Positions 34,155 through 44,857 of a stretch of 64,000 nucleotides of DNA are shown here, one piece after another. Source of the stretch: Escherichia phage JN02; the sequence record MT782071.1; one strand, given 5' to 3'. Position 1 is the first letter of the stretch. Each line of letters opens with the position of its first letter. The position numbers were made by a program, and so were the translations under genes. The notes below the pieces were generated by a model, which was not told the DNA's origin, did no database searches, and saw only the letters and a program-made list of their open reading frames with translations.

Positions 34155-34618
34155 AAAGAGTCTCTTAATAGGTTTAACACATCAATAAATTCAGCTTCAG
34201 TTAATATTGTATCATCTTTTGTTAGGTGGCTGGCCATGCTGTGCTTCAAAATTTTTCCTTTCGAAGCCTGTAATGCATCACGAAAGCCTTTGTTTTGGAT
34301 CGCGGCTTCAAAATATGCATTTGTATATAATTCTTTCCATGCTTCAGAGTATCTTGAAAATGGAATTCCAAGCCAGAAAAGCGTCCCACGGTCCTGAGCT
34401 CTTGCATAAGACCTTCCAGCTTGCTGGGCGGCCAATCCGGACATCCCAAATATACGTTTTTGTTGTTCAACATTTTTCACCTTACACCCTTGGAGAAATC
34501 CTTCAAGTCCTCCGAATTGAATACCATCCATAACAAAAGGCCATTGGGCGAAATTACTTAATGCGCATGACGGCCATTTGAAATTGCTTCTTATTTCTAA
34601 TTCACACATCTTTAACAC
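34151..34618 (-). CDS. NADAR / YbiA-family (DUF1768) N-glycosidase-like protein (30.3 position)
   Basis: LSNFAQWPFVMDGIQFGGLEGFLQGCKV aligns with the E. coli YbiA core FSNFAAWPIKVDGKTWPTSEHYFQAQKF; 4-nt overlap with the HAD-like gene. Confidence 0.6.
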   Translation of the reverse strand: MLKMCELEIRSNFKWPSCALSNFAQWPFVMDGIQFGGLEGFLQGCKVKNVEQQKRIFGMSGLAAQQAGRSYARAQDRGTLFWLGIPFSRYSEAWKELYTNAYFEAAIQNKGFRDALQASKGKILKHSMASHLTKDDTILTEAEFIDVLNLLRDSL

Positions 34619-34820
34619 TTATAATTTCAACATCAGCCCAATGACCGTATCCAGGTATACGGTCTTCGATAGATAAATTTCCGTCATTTTTAGGCATTTT
34701 AATTGACGTAACGTATGGTTCTAAACGGTTTTCTGCATAATATGGAAAAACGTCTGTTACACGATAAGTAACTTCGATCATTTCCGTACCAAACAATTTC
34801 TGGATTAATTTATTCAACAT
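34602..34820 (-). CDS. hypothetical protein (72 aa)
   Basis: ORF in the co-directional 30.x cluster; overlaps its neighbours. Confidence 0.45.
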   Translation of the reverse strand: MLNKLIQKLFGTEMIEVTYRVTDVFPYYAENRLEPYVTSIKMPKNDGNLSIEDRIPGYGHWADVEIISVKDV

Positions 34821-35007
34821 GTTTCAACCCTTTAATAGGAGATAACTCTTTACCCATACGTATGTCAGAAGTCCAATCAACCCATTGAACAGCATACGCT
34901 TCATTGATAATTCCAGCGGCGGTTTTAAATTCAGGGAGAACTTTAAAAATCACCCCAGGAATTCCAACACCTTTTAATTGGACTGTTTGTGCTATTAAAA
35001 ATTTCAT
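34810..35007 (-). CDS. hypothetical protein (65 aa)
   Basis: ORF in the co-directional 30.x cluster. Confidence 0.45.
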   Translation of the reverse strand: MKFLIAQTVQLKGVGIPGVIFKVLPEFKTAAGIINEAYAVQWVDWTSDIRMGKELSPIKGLKHVE

Positions 35008-35061
35008 ATTTTTCCACTTACTAAAGAAATCATTATACTCTAATCCGTCCTTGGATGTAAA

Positions 35062-35676
35062 CTACTTAACGAAATTAATTTCTACCGGATGAACAACAGG
35101 TTGAGCAGTGATATATTGAGTAATTGCTTTCATGACTAGAGCTTCAGAACCAGGATTTTTCTCAACGAATTCACGTGCTTGGTTATGGGCTTCGAGTTCA
35201 CTTAGTAAACCACTTCGTTGGCATCCACGGTCTTGAGTACCTTGTTCAGATAAAAAGACGACGATGTATTTTTCATCGTCATACGGTTTAGACGGTTGAG
35301 CAAATGTTCCTTTACTTCCAAAAGGAGAGTTATGACGCCACATCACGCCGTGAGGAGTTTCAACCTTCGTATATTCATGCGGGCCATTTTTCTTAGTTTC
35401 TTGATGTGGAACTTCGTAGACCTTAGGGTTAGGACATTCAATAAAATGCTCATCTAAATCGGTCGAGAATATTAAAGTAAAACAATGTCTGAATTTACCA
35501 ACACCTGCCTGATAAATTTTACCTTCAGAAGTTCTAATTTCACAAACTGAGCCGGCATCAGTAACTTCTAAAACTTCAAAAGGCTCAATAAGGTCATATG
35601 AGAACATGTTTTTAAGGCGTGGAGTAATATCCCCATTTTTAAAATTCATTTTATAAAAAGTATTAACTTTAAACAT
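35062..35676 (-). CDS. hypothetical protein (about 204 aa from ATG; track start is TTG)
   Basis: GAGGA RBS before the internal ATG (MFKVNTFYKMNF...). Confidence 0.5.
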   Translation of the reverse strand: MFKVNTFYKMNFKNGDITPRLKNMFSYDLIEPFEVLEVTDAGSVCEIRTSEGKIYQAGVGKFRHCFTLIFSTDLDEHFIECPNPKVYEVPHQETKKNGPHEYTKVETPHGVMWRHNSPFGSKGTFAQPSKPYDDEKYIVVFLSEQGTQDRGCQRSGLLSELEAHNQAREFVEKNPGSEALVMKAITQYITAQPVVHPVEINFVK

Positions 35677-35711
35677 AATTTCCTCAGTGGGAGCCGAAGC
35701 TCCCAATTAAT

Positions 35712-36077
35712 TTAGATATCAAATTCGTTAAGAACTACATCAAAGATTGCTTCGAGATGTTCAGGTTTAGCTCGGTTACTCAGGATATGACGAATCCAAG
35801 TTTTAACCAGAAGTTTACGATTAACACCATTCCAGCAAGGATGAGTACCTAAATCACGCTGACGGAAATCGTCATCTAATGCAATTTTAAAATTTGAACC
35901 TTCCATCGTGATTGAAACCGTGATACCATTTTCAAATCGCATATAAACGTAATTAGGAGTCATGCACTGTTCGATTTCACAAACTGTACCGTTTTCGTGT
36001 TTCCATAAGCAAATAACTTCAGAAGAACCAGCAATACCGTTAGAAACATATTTACGTTCGAAGTTGGTGTAGTTCAT
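35712..36077 (-). CDS. hypothetical protein (121 aa)
   Basis: ORF with an early-type promoter upstream. Confidence 0.5.
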   Translation of the reverse strand: MNYTNFERKYVSNGIAGSSEVICLWKHENGTVCEIEQCMTPNYVYMRFENGITVSITMEGSNFKIALDDDFRQRDLGTHPCWNGVNRKLLVKTWIRHILSNRAKPEHLEAIFDVVLNEFDI

Positions 36078-36110
36078 TTTATTCTCCAGATGTTTAAGTT
36101 GTTTGTTGGT

Positions 36111-36146
36111 ACAGGTCTATAATAACATAACCTGTACCAAAGTAAA
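36111..36146 (-). promoter_or_regulatory. T4 early-type promoter (GTTTAC, 17 nt, TATATA)
   Basis: Minus-strand aGTTTACtttggtacaggttatgtTATATAgac. Confidence 0.45.
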
Positions 36147-36151
36147 CTGTT

Positions 36152-36520
36152 TTATGCAACTTTAATCCAATTGTCTAAATTTAAAACACCTTTGGCTTTC
36201 ATTTTTTCTATCAGGTTATCTGCTGTAATGCGTCCATTTTGATACCATGTAACATCTTCAGAGTAACCAGTTTCTTCGTCAACGTATGTTTCTGAACGAA
36301 TTTTACCGGTAATAATAGTTTTTAATTCGTATGTGTCACCTGTGAAAAGGTTTGCTAACACAATTTTCCAAGAGAAATCATCAGAAGGACCTTCAGGGGT
36401 CATACAACCTACGAACTCAAATTGCTCTTTGTATAACATCCACTGGAATTCTTTAATTTCGATAGCTTTATAACCATCGTGGTCTTTACATTTGATGTAT
36501 GAGTTCAGATTGATTTTCAT
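36152..36520 (-). CDS. hypothetical protein (122 aa)
   Basis: ORF with an early promoter upstream. Confidence 0.5.
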   Translation of the reverse strand: MKINLNSYIKCKDHDGYKAIEIKEFQWMLYKEQFEFVGCMTPEGPSDDFSWKIVLANLFTGDTYELKTIITGKIRSETYVDEETGYSEDVTWYQNGRITADNLIEKMKAKGVLNLDNWIKVA

Positions 36521-36562
36521 TTTGTTCTCCAGGTGGTTTTATTGATTAGATGGTACAAGTCT

Positions 36563-36591
36563 ATAGTAACACATCCTACAGGAGAGTAAAC
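36563..36591 (-). promoter_or_regulatory. T4 early-type promoter (GTTTAC, 17 nt, TGtTACTAT)
   Basis: Minus-strand tGTTTACtctcctgtaggatgtgTTACTATagac. Confidence 0.55.
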
Positions 36592-36627
36592 ATCTTTTTA
36601 AACTTTTTCTGCCCTAAACGCACAAAA

Positions 36628-36645
36628 GGGAGACCGAAGTCTCCC
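36628..36645 (-). terminator. terminator GGGAGAC-UUCG-GUCUCCC + U-run (on the minus transcript)
   Basis: Same hairpin as after genes 23, 35 and 32; lies directly after the small basic ORF. Confidence 0.7.
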
Positions 36646-36650
36646 TAAAA

Positions 36651-36830
36651 TTATGCAGCAACCTTTCCAAAACGAGAAGCATCATCTCGAAGAACTGCAC
36701 GTGCTCTGCGCATGATCTTCTCAACTGTTTGATTAATACGAGAGTTCGACCCACGCTTGTATCCAGCGCGTTTAGAGGTACCATCAACTTTCTTTTCAAC
36801 TGCTTTCTTTGCTTTAGCTTGTTTTGCCAT
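36651..36830 (-). CDS. small basic protein (59 aa), not in the ORF track
   Basis: Translation MAKQAKAKKAVEKKVDGTSKRAGYKRGSNSRINQTVEKIMRRARAVLRDDASRFGKVAA; a terminator follows; below the 60-aa cutoff. Confidence 0.45.
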   Translation of the reverse strand: MAKQAKAKKAVEKKVDGTSKRAGYKRGSNSRINQTVEKIMRRARAVLRDDASRFGKVAA

Positions 36831-37093
36831 TATAAATTCTCTTTAAATGAAAATGCAGGACTTATTGACATTGCCTGCGCAAGCCCTCAAGGGGAACATA
36901 GGTTTTGGATATTTAACGACAGGATAACCATAAGCCCGTCATCATACCAACCACGACTTAGACAGATAACCTTTTTCTGACGCGTGATAGTACAAAATAC
37001 ATTCAAGAGGTACACCGTAAAATTGTCGGGGTCTTAAAACTATAATGATTCGCAAATCATTAATCAGACAATTCGACGGCTCCTCGATTTAAC

Positions 37094-37342
37094 TTACTTC
37101 AGGGTAATAACAAAATGACGAACTGCTTTACGTGCTGCAGAAGCCAGAGGCTTAGCATATTTCAATTCATCTTTCTGGACCAGGATATCGCGAAGATCGG
37201 CTTGTGCTGGATTCAGATGTTTGAAATACTGTAAGATTTCAAGAGCTTCGGCTTCAACATCAATAGATGCGCCGTAATTGTCATGGCCATTATTCCATGC
37301 ATGGCGTTGCAGTTCAAGAGCGTGTTGTAATTGTTTAGTCAT
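37094..37342 (-). CDS. rIII: 82-aa protein in the position and size of T4 rIII
   Basis: 82 aa, same as T4 RIII; adjacent to gene 31; call rests on size and synteny only. Confidence 0.4.
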   Translation of the reverse strand: MTKQLQHALELQRHAWNNGHDNYGASIDVEAEALEILQYFKHLNPAQADLRDILVQKDELKYAKPLASAARKAVRHFVITLK

Positions 37343-37466
37343 TTTAAATTCTCAATTCGAGATAATATTTAGTAGCCACGTTCTTCTGAATTTCACCTTC
37401 TTTCGACAAGTCTCTCAGTTGTAGGCTACTGCTTAGAAGAGTGTTCTCTTCATATAGTTATTTATA

Positions 37467-37799
37467 TCACTTATAAAGACATGGAATAGCTTTATAGTGG
37501 CATGTTACGAATTTCTGTTTAATTTCTTTAGGATGTTTAAGACCTAAAGCCACAAATGGATGTGGAACATTTCGAATTTGTCCAACTGGTAGTGAAGTCA
37601 AATCACCGACTTCAACAAAACCTTCAGGAACATCAGGACCTACAGAATGAACTACACATAGTTCAGGAACTTCACCTTGAACACGTTTACCAATCACAAG
37701 TCCTGATTCGGTAACTTCTTCATCACCTGCTTGAGCGGGTTCAGAAACCAGAATGACATATTCACCAACAGCACGAATTGGGAGTTGTACTTCAGACAT
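37467..37799 (-). CDS. 31: co-chaperonin gp31 (GroES analogue)
   Basis: 110 aa (T4 gp31 111 aa); GroES-like pattern; synteny next to cd. Confidence 0.9.
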   Translation of the reverse strand: MSEVQLPIRAVGEYVILVSEPAQAGDEEVTESGLVIGKRVQGEVPELCVVHSVGPDVPEGFVEVGDLTSLPVGQIRNVPHPFVALGLKHPKEIKQKFVTCHYKAIPCLYK

Positions 37800-37856
37800 C
37801 TTATTTCCTTGTTGTTTGACGATAGATTAATAATACCATACTATTCGTAAAGCATA

Positions 37857-38153
37857 TTACATAAGAAGCAAACGTTCTACCGGAGTACCATCAACCGAAA
37901 TTACTTTATCAAGGCGGAAAGAACGCCACTGACCTAACTTGGTATCGAATGCTCGAACTGATTCACGAGGTTCATAACGAACTTCTGTTGCTGGATTGTT
38001 ATTTTCGTATTTGACTTCAAGTTCATCGCGCGAAGCAAACATCGTACGAACATCACCGTTAGCCTTTTCAAATACAACACAATGAACGCCTACAGACAGA
38101 ATAGTTTTAATACGTTCACGAAGAATCATAGTTTCTTTTTCAGTTAAAATCAT
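37857..38153 (-). CDS. hypothetical protein (about 98 aa from ATG; track start is GTG)
   Basis: Internal ATG (MILTEKETM...) lies just after the cd stop. Confidence 0.45.
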   Translation of the reverse strand: MILTEKETMILRERIKTILSVGVHCVVFEKANGDVRTMFASRDELEVKYENNNPATEVRYEPRESVRAFDTKLGQWRSFRLDKVISVDGTPVERLLLM

Positions 38154-38154
38154 A

Positions 38155-38736
38155 TTATTCACCACAAAAGTTTCGGATTTGTTCCCAATTCAGAGAACGA
38201 AGATTATTACGAGAGTACTGAATTACTTCAATACCGGCTTGTTTTAGAATGTCTGCCCAATTTTCAGGAGATCGATCGTATAATTCTGCATATACAACCT
38301 TTTTAATACCTGACTGCGTAATAGCTTTAGTGCAATCAGGACATGGAGAAAGCGTCGTATATAACGTAGCGCCTTCAATAGAATTACCTTTACGAGCTGC
38401 AAACAAAATTGCATTCAGTTCCGCATGGATTTCATTATTAGCAGACCATGCACTATGAGCGGCCCGAGGTTCTTTAGCCAAAACAAAATTATCTATCCGT
38501 CCAAATGCTGTAGTGCCTTCTTTATGTCCAGCAACTATGACCGGGCTTGGTTTATTCTTCAACCAACCATTTTCGGATGCATGTTCACAACAGTTAACAC
38601 CACCGGCTGGTGAGCCATTATATCCAGTAGAGATAATGCGCCCATCTTTTTCAATGACGGCACCAACTTTCCATGAACAACATTTTGATTCTTGAGAAAT
38701 CAGATATGCAATCTGAAGGTATGTGCTAGCTTTCAT
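38155..38736 (-). CDS. cd: dCMP deaminase
   Basis: 193 aa, same as T4 Cd; zinc motifs HAELNA and PCPDC. Confidence 0.95.
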   Translation of the reverse strand: MKASTYLQIAYLISQESKCCSWKVGAVIEKDGRIISTGYNGSPAGGVNCCEHASENGWLKNKPSPVIVAGHKEGTTAFGRIDNFVLAKEPRAAHSAWSANNEIHAELNAILFAARKGNSIEGATLYTTLSPCPDCTKAITQSGIKKVVYAELYDRSPENWADILKQAGIEVIQYSRNNLRSLNWEQIRNFCGE

Positions 38737-39728
38737 TATTGAACCTTATTAATATGAGTTAACAGCTCTTTAGTTTGTTCCCAACTGATGCACGCATCGG
38801 TAACGGAAACGCCATAGGACATATTATCAGAAATTTTTTGATTTCCTTCATGTAGGAATGATTCTATCATAATTCCTTTGACCAAATCATTAGCTGCTAA
38901 ATTTTTACCAATACCAATTTGATTGCTATAATGCCCATCAGCGTTTGCATGGCTACAGTCAACCATTACATAATGATTCAGACCTACTGCCCTTGCTTTG
39001 TTAGAAGCTTCTTGAATATCAGAAGAATGATAGTTCGGGCCGTTGGTCCCGCCACGCAATACGATATGCGTATTCTGATTACCTTCAGCTTCAACAATGC
39101 CTACAGTACCATCGACGTCCATACCCATATACCGATGAGGCCAGGCGGCACTATACATCGCGTCTGTAGCTACTTTAATAGAACCATTGGTTGCGTTCTT
39201 GAAGCCTACGCACATCGGTAGACCTGAAGCAATTTCACGATGTGTCTGACTTTCAGTCGTACGGGCGCCAATAGCAACCCATGAGAAAATACCAGAAAGA
39301 TACTTAATCGTGAATGGGTCTAATACTTCAGTTGCTAATGGAAGTCCCATACGTAGAAGTTTACGACACAATGTTCGTGCAACTATAAGACCGTGGTTCA
39401 TATCAAAACTTCCGTCAAGATATGGATCATTTACAAGACCTTTCCAACCTACGGTAGTTCGAGGCTTTTCAAAATAAACGCGCATCACTAACAGAACATT
39501 AGGAAGACGAGTTTGAAGTTCAGCCAGACGTTTGCCGTATTCAACAGCAGCAATAGGGTCATGAATTGAACAAGGACCTACAACAATAAGTTTGCGTGGG
39601 TCTTCACCATTCATAATCGAATTAACTTGTTCACGATGAGAAGCCACTTGTGATGCGTAAGCTTCCGACAAAGGAATAATCTCAGCCAGTTCTTTTGGAG
39701 AAATAAGTTTTCCGACGACAGGTAACAT
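38736..39728 (-). CDS. aroG: 3-deoxy-D-arabino-heptulosonate-7-phosphate (DAHP) synthase, class I (AroG/AroF/AroH-like)
   Basis: 330 aa; conserved LIVVGPCSIHD, MRVYFEKPRTTVGWKGL, GARTTESQTHRE, HIVLRGG, ESFLHEGNQ, TDACISWE align with E. coli AroG; stop overlaps the cd start (TAATG). Confidence 0.9.
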   Translation of the reverse strand: MLPVVGKLISPKELAEIIPLSEAYASQVASHREQVNSIMNGEDPRKLIVVGPCSIHDPIAAVEYGKRLAELQTRLPNVLLVMRVYFEKPRTTVGWKGLVNDPYLDGSFDMNHGLIVARTLCRKLLRMGLPLATEVLDPFTIKYLSGIFSWVAIGARTTESQTHREIASGLPMCVGFKNATNGSIKVATDAMYSAAWPHRYMGMDVDGTVGIVEAEGNQNTHIVLRGGTNGPNYHSSDIQEASNKARAVGLNHYVMVDCSHANADGHYSNQIGIGKNLAANDLVKGIMIESFLHEGNQKISDNMSYGVSVTDACISWEQTKELLTHINKVQ

Positions 39729-39848
39729 AACAATCCTTAGGAGATATAAACAGATTCTGATTCAACAATACCTTTAACCCGATTAGACAGGCTAAGTTGG
39801 TAGTGCTCAGATTTATGACCATTCTCGATAGTAATGAGATAGCTCTCA

Positions 39849-40085
39849 TTATAGTGTTCCATATACTCGAGTTGCTTCAACAAGACCATCACTGCCTAAT
39901 TTAAGATTAGTAATTTGGTCACCATCTTTAGGATTAACGATTATGAGAAAAGAACGTGGAGATTCTTGAATAACTCGTAATGTTGCATCTTGGAAACGTT
40001 CAGACACTTTATTGATGAGTGCTTGAGCAAATTCTTTTACTTTAATCTGAAATTCGTGTACTGTAATTGGGTTTTCACTTAGCAT
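39849..40085 (-). CDS. hypothetical protein (78 aa)
   Basis: GAGGA RBS; early promoter upstream. Confidence 0.5.
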   Translation of the reverse strand: MLSENPITVHEFQIKVKEFAQALINKVSERFQDATLRVIQESPRSFLIIVNPKDGDQITNLKLGSDGLVEATRVYGTL

Positions 40086-40113
40086 TTCTATTTCCTCATT
40101 TGTTGGTAGAGTT

Positions 40114-40143
40114 ATAGTATCACAACTCCACCGTGTTGTAAAC
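40114..40143 (-). promoter_or_regulatory. T4 early-type promoter (GTTTACA, 18 nt, TGaTACTAT)
   Basis: Minus-strand aGTTTACAacacggtggagttgTGATACTATaac. Confidence 0.55.
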
Positions 40144-40145
40144 TA

Positions 40146-40421
40146 TTAAATTGCTTTGCATTCAATTTTTTGTGTACCGAAATTGATATCACATTGGATA
40201 ACTAAATCGCCGTCAAGATCAAATACCACTATGACGTGTGCAGACCCAGGGAGAAGAGTAATAGCAATAGAATCTACTTGGTCTGGGAGCAAAGCATTGA
40301 GTACATGAGTTAGTTGAGCATGAACTCTGAGTTCGGCTGCATTATCAAGCACTTCAAACATATTATTAGCAATAATCTGACTGAAGACTACCTTTACAAT
40401 TTCAGAATAAGTTGGGAACAT
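40146..40421 (-). CDS. hypothetical protein (91 aa)
   Basis: ORF in the co-directional early cluster. Confidence 0.45.
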   Translation of the reverse strand: MFPTYSEIVKVVFSQIIANNMFEVLDNAAELRVHAQLTHVLNALLPDQVDSIAITLLPGSAHVIVVFDLDGDLVIQCDINFGTQKIECKAI

Positions 40422-40428
40422 AATTACC

Positions 40429-40653
40429 TCAGTGTACAGTATTTACTTTAACTCGAACAACAAATCGCTCGGTCGGTTCACCTACAGGAACAAACTCTAC
40501 ATGATATTCACCTTTGTAACGAGTATTCAGATCATTACGAATTCCTGCGAGTTTGTTGATTAATGTAGGACTCATATTAAGTCCCACTAGTTTACGAAGC
40601 ATTTTGTATGCTTCATCTTCGATTTCATGATGTTTATCGTACATAGTTTTCAT
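40429..40653 (-). CDS. hypothetical protein (74 aa)
   Basis: ORF in the co-directional early cluster. Confidence 0.45.
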   Translation of the reverse strand: MKTMYDKHHEIEDEAYKMLRKLVGLNMSPTLINKLAGIRNDLNTRYKGEYHVEFVPVGEPTERFVVRVKVNTVH

Positions 40654-40824
40654 TTAACCATTCAATTGCCTGGTCGACGTTATCAAATATACCGCCATCC
40701 AACCATTCTTCATGTTCATAGTCCAGCACATCAATACCGAACCGTCCATTTACTAAAGGCCATACTACAAACAAATATTCTTTATGCTGTTCGATGGCCT
40801 CAATCACTTCATATAATCGTTTCA

Positions 40825-40825
<1 letters not shown>
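40634..40825 (-). CDS. hypothetical protein (63 aa)
   Basis: ATG overlaps the pseT stop (TAATG). Confidence 0.45.
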
Positions 40826-41911
<1,086 letters not shown>

Positions 41912-41912
<1 letters not shown>

Positions 41913-42211
41913 TATTTTATTCCTAAGAAAGTTTCAAGAATACGAATGTTATGCTCGCGCCGGTCTTTATTAATTTCAGCAACGTTTTTATTAATTGACT
42001 TACTTCTAACGTTTGAAGAAATAAATTTAATCATATGACTTTTGAGTTGTTGTAAATCCAACCCTTTTTCTTTAGCAGCTTTACGAAGAGCTTTACCAGC
42101 TTCATCTAGTGCCTTTGCTGCATCTTTGTCATAATTGGCAAGTGACATTCCGCGGCAGATATCAATATACTCATCAGACCGTTTGATGTAATTCTCTAGT
42201 AATGTTTTCAT
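41912..42211 (-). CDS. hypothetical protein (99 aa)
   Basis: GAGGA RBS; consensus-like early promoter upstream. Confidence 0.5.
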
Positions 42212-42239
42212 TTAGATTTCCTCAATTATCCATAGGAGC

Positions 42240-42269
42240 ATTATACTCTGCTCCCGAGAGTTTGTAAAC
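42240..42269 (-). promoter_or_regulatory. T4 early-type promoter (GTTTACA, 18 nt, TATAAT)
   Basis: Minus-strand GTTTACAaactctcgggagcagagTATAATgct. Confidence 0.6.
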
Positions 42270-42493
42270 TATTTTACTAAAGATTCAATATACTCATGAA
42301 GAGCTTTAGTAGCTACTGCCCACTTATTCTGATATTCATTTTTCAGATTAGCACGAGACTGAACTAACAAGCGGTCATTAGTTGGAGGCAAAGATTCTAA
42401 TCGTTGAATCTGGCGCCCATAAATCATAGCCGCCATTTCAGATTCATAGATAAGCCCTTTAATGTATTCATGCTGTTCTTTAGTCATTGGCAT
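42269..42493 (-). CDS. hypothetical protein (74 aa)
   Basis: ORF between the early promoter and the spanin pair. Confidence 0.45.
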   Translation of the reverse strand: MPMTKEQHEYIKGLIYESEMAAMIYGRQIQRLESLPPTNDRLLVQSRANLKNEYQNKWAVATKALHEYIESLVK

Positions 42494-42774
42494 TTTTCCT
42501 CTTTTAAACCACTACGATAATAACATAACATAGTCTTCTGGTCATGTATATATCTTTTTACGTCGTTTAACCAGATACGAAATTCTTGAGAGTCTTCAAA
42601 CGGCATTCCAACCCACGGATTACCATCAATAACCTTTACTTGCCATTTCTGGTTATATTCAACAATAGATTCAGGCCAAGGTGGATGTAAAGTTTCTTTA
42701 GGGCTTAAGGGCACATCCTGGGCACATCCGGCCAAAATGCCAATAGATAATACAACTGCGGTTAATTTAATCAT
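42484..42774 (-). CDS. outer-membrane spanin (o-spanin) lipoprotein, PseT.2-like
   Basis: Signal peptide with lipobox LAGC; 96 aa; directly downstream of and overlapping the i-spanin-like gene. Confidence 0.65.
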   Translation of the reverse strand: MIKLTAVVLSIGILAGCAQDVPLSPKETLHPPWPESIVEYNQKWQVKVIDGNPWVGMPFEDSQEFRIWLNDVKRYIHDQKTMLCYYRSGLKEEKCQ

Positions 42775-43127
42775 TCTGAGAGCTTCCTGAGGTCTTCTGC
42801 GAAGGAATCGAAGGACCTGTTGATTTGTTTTTCGACCAATCCTGGTTTACTTGCCACCACGTTCTTCTTCTTCGAATCCTTACGGAGCTTTTCATTTTCG
42901 GCCTTAAGTTGGTCAACTAAAACACGGTTCTTATAAGTCATTTCTTCGATTGACTGATATTGAGCCTTGAAGTCGTCTAATACTTTAGCATTGTTTTTAG
43001 CAGTCTCTTTGACAGAAGCTAATTCAGTATTCAACGAATCAACTTTGTTGTTTAAGACAACTATTGTTACCGTAGAAACTAGAGCAAAAGCTGCTACTAT
43101 AACATAAATCGGATTTACTTTAAGCAT
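42771..43127 (-). CDS. inner-membrane spanin (i-spanin), PseT.3-like
   Basis: N-terminal transmembrane helix (IYVIVAAFALVSTVTIVVL) followed by coiled-coil-like sequence; 118 aa. Confidence 0.6.
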   Translation of the reverse strand: MLKVNPIYVIVAAFALVSTVTIVVLNNKVDSLNTELASVKETAKNNAKVLDDFKAQYQSIEEMTYKNRVLVDQLKAENEKLRKDSKKKNVVASKPGLVEKQINRSFDSFAEDLRKLSE

Positions 43128-43615
43128 GTTTTAATAATCTCAATGATTTCATCTCTGGATAATCCATTGATAAGAACGGTTTTCGGACCATCACACTGGA
43201 TTTTGTACGATTCAAACAATACACACAACTCTTCTGCTGTATGATATGGACTTGAGATTCCGAGGCGGTTGAATTTGTCTGTAAGAGGGTCGCAAATAAT
43301 GTAGAATTTTATACCTGAGATATGTACGTTTGGTTGACTAATATTAATGAACACATTAGCGTCATATTTAGTCAAATTGTTTTGAAGAAATTCTACCATG
43401 GCATTAACCGCTTCTGGCATCGCTTCGCGTTTCTCTTCAGCGTATCGGGTGGAATACTCTTTTTGTTTTACTTTCTTTTTAAGATTTTTGGCCAGTGTAA
43501 CACGTAGGTCAGTAAGATAACCAACTGGACGTCCTTTCTTAAAGACCCGGATTCCGTCAGTTGTGTCTCCAAAAGCGGTTACGACCATATCGTTAGTAAT
43601 CAATTGCATATTCAT
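43115..43615 (-). CDS. alc: Alc-like protein (inhibitor of host transcription), from internal ATG
   Basis: About 166 aa from MNMQLITNDM (T4 Alc about 167 aa); GAGGAGA RBS; the early promoter sits inside the longer track ORF; position between spanins and rnlA. Confidence 0.5.
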   Translation of the reverse strand: MNMQLITNDMVVTAFGDTTDGIRVFKKGRPVGYLTDLRVTLAKNLKKKVKQKEYSTRYAEEKREAMPEAVNAMVEFLQNNLTKYDANVFINISQPNVHISGIKFYIICDPLTDKFNRLGISSPYHTAEELCVLFESYKIQCDGPKTVLINGLSRDEIIEIIKTCLK

Positions 43616-43645
43616 AATTTTCTCCTCGTGTTGTTGATAAAAGCC

Positions 43646-43675
43646 ATAGTAACACCTTCCTTGGTGTTTGTAAAC
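43646..43675 (-). promoter_or_regulatory. T4 early-type promoter (GTTTACA, 18 nt, TGtTACTAT)
   Basis: Minus-strand GTTTACAaacaccaaggaaggtgTTACTATggc. Confidence 0.55.
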
Positions 43676-43677
43676 CA

Positions 43678-44811
<1,134 letters not shown>

Positions 44812-44857
44812 TCAGTTAGTTTTTTTAAATTGTACCACAATCCTTGTGGTATGTAAA

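Noticed and set aside
36729-36980. 83-aa plus-strand ORF and 61-aa minus-strand ORF (36614-36799) from the ORF track
   Set aside because: Both overlap the better-supported 59-aa basic ORF with RBS and terminator, have hydrophobic low-complexity translations and lack an RBS.
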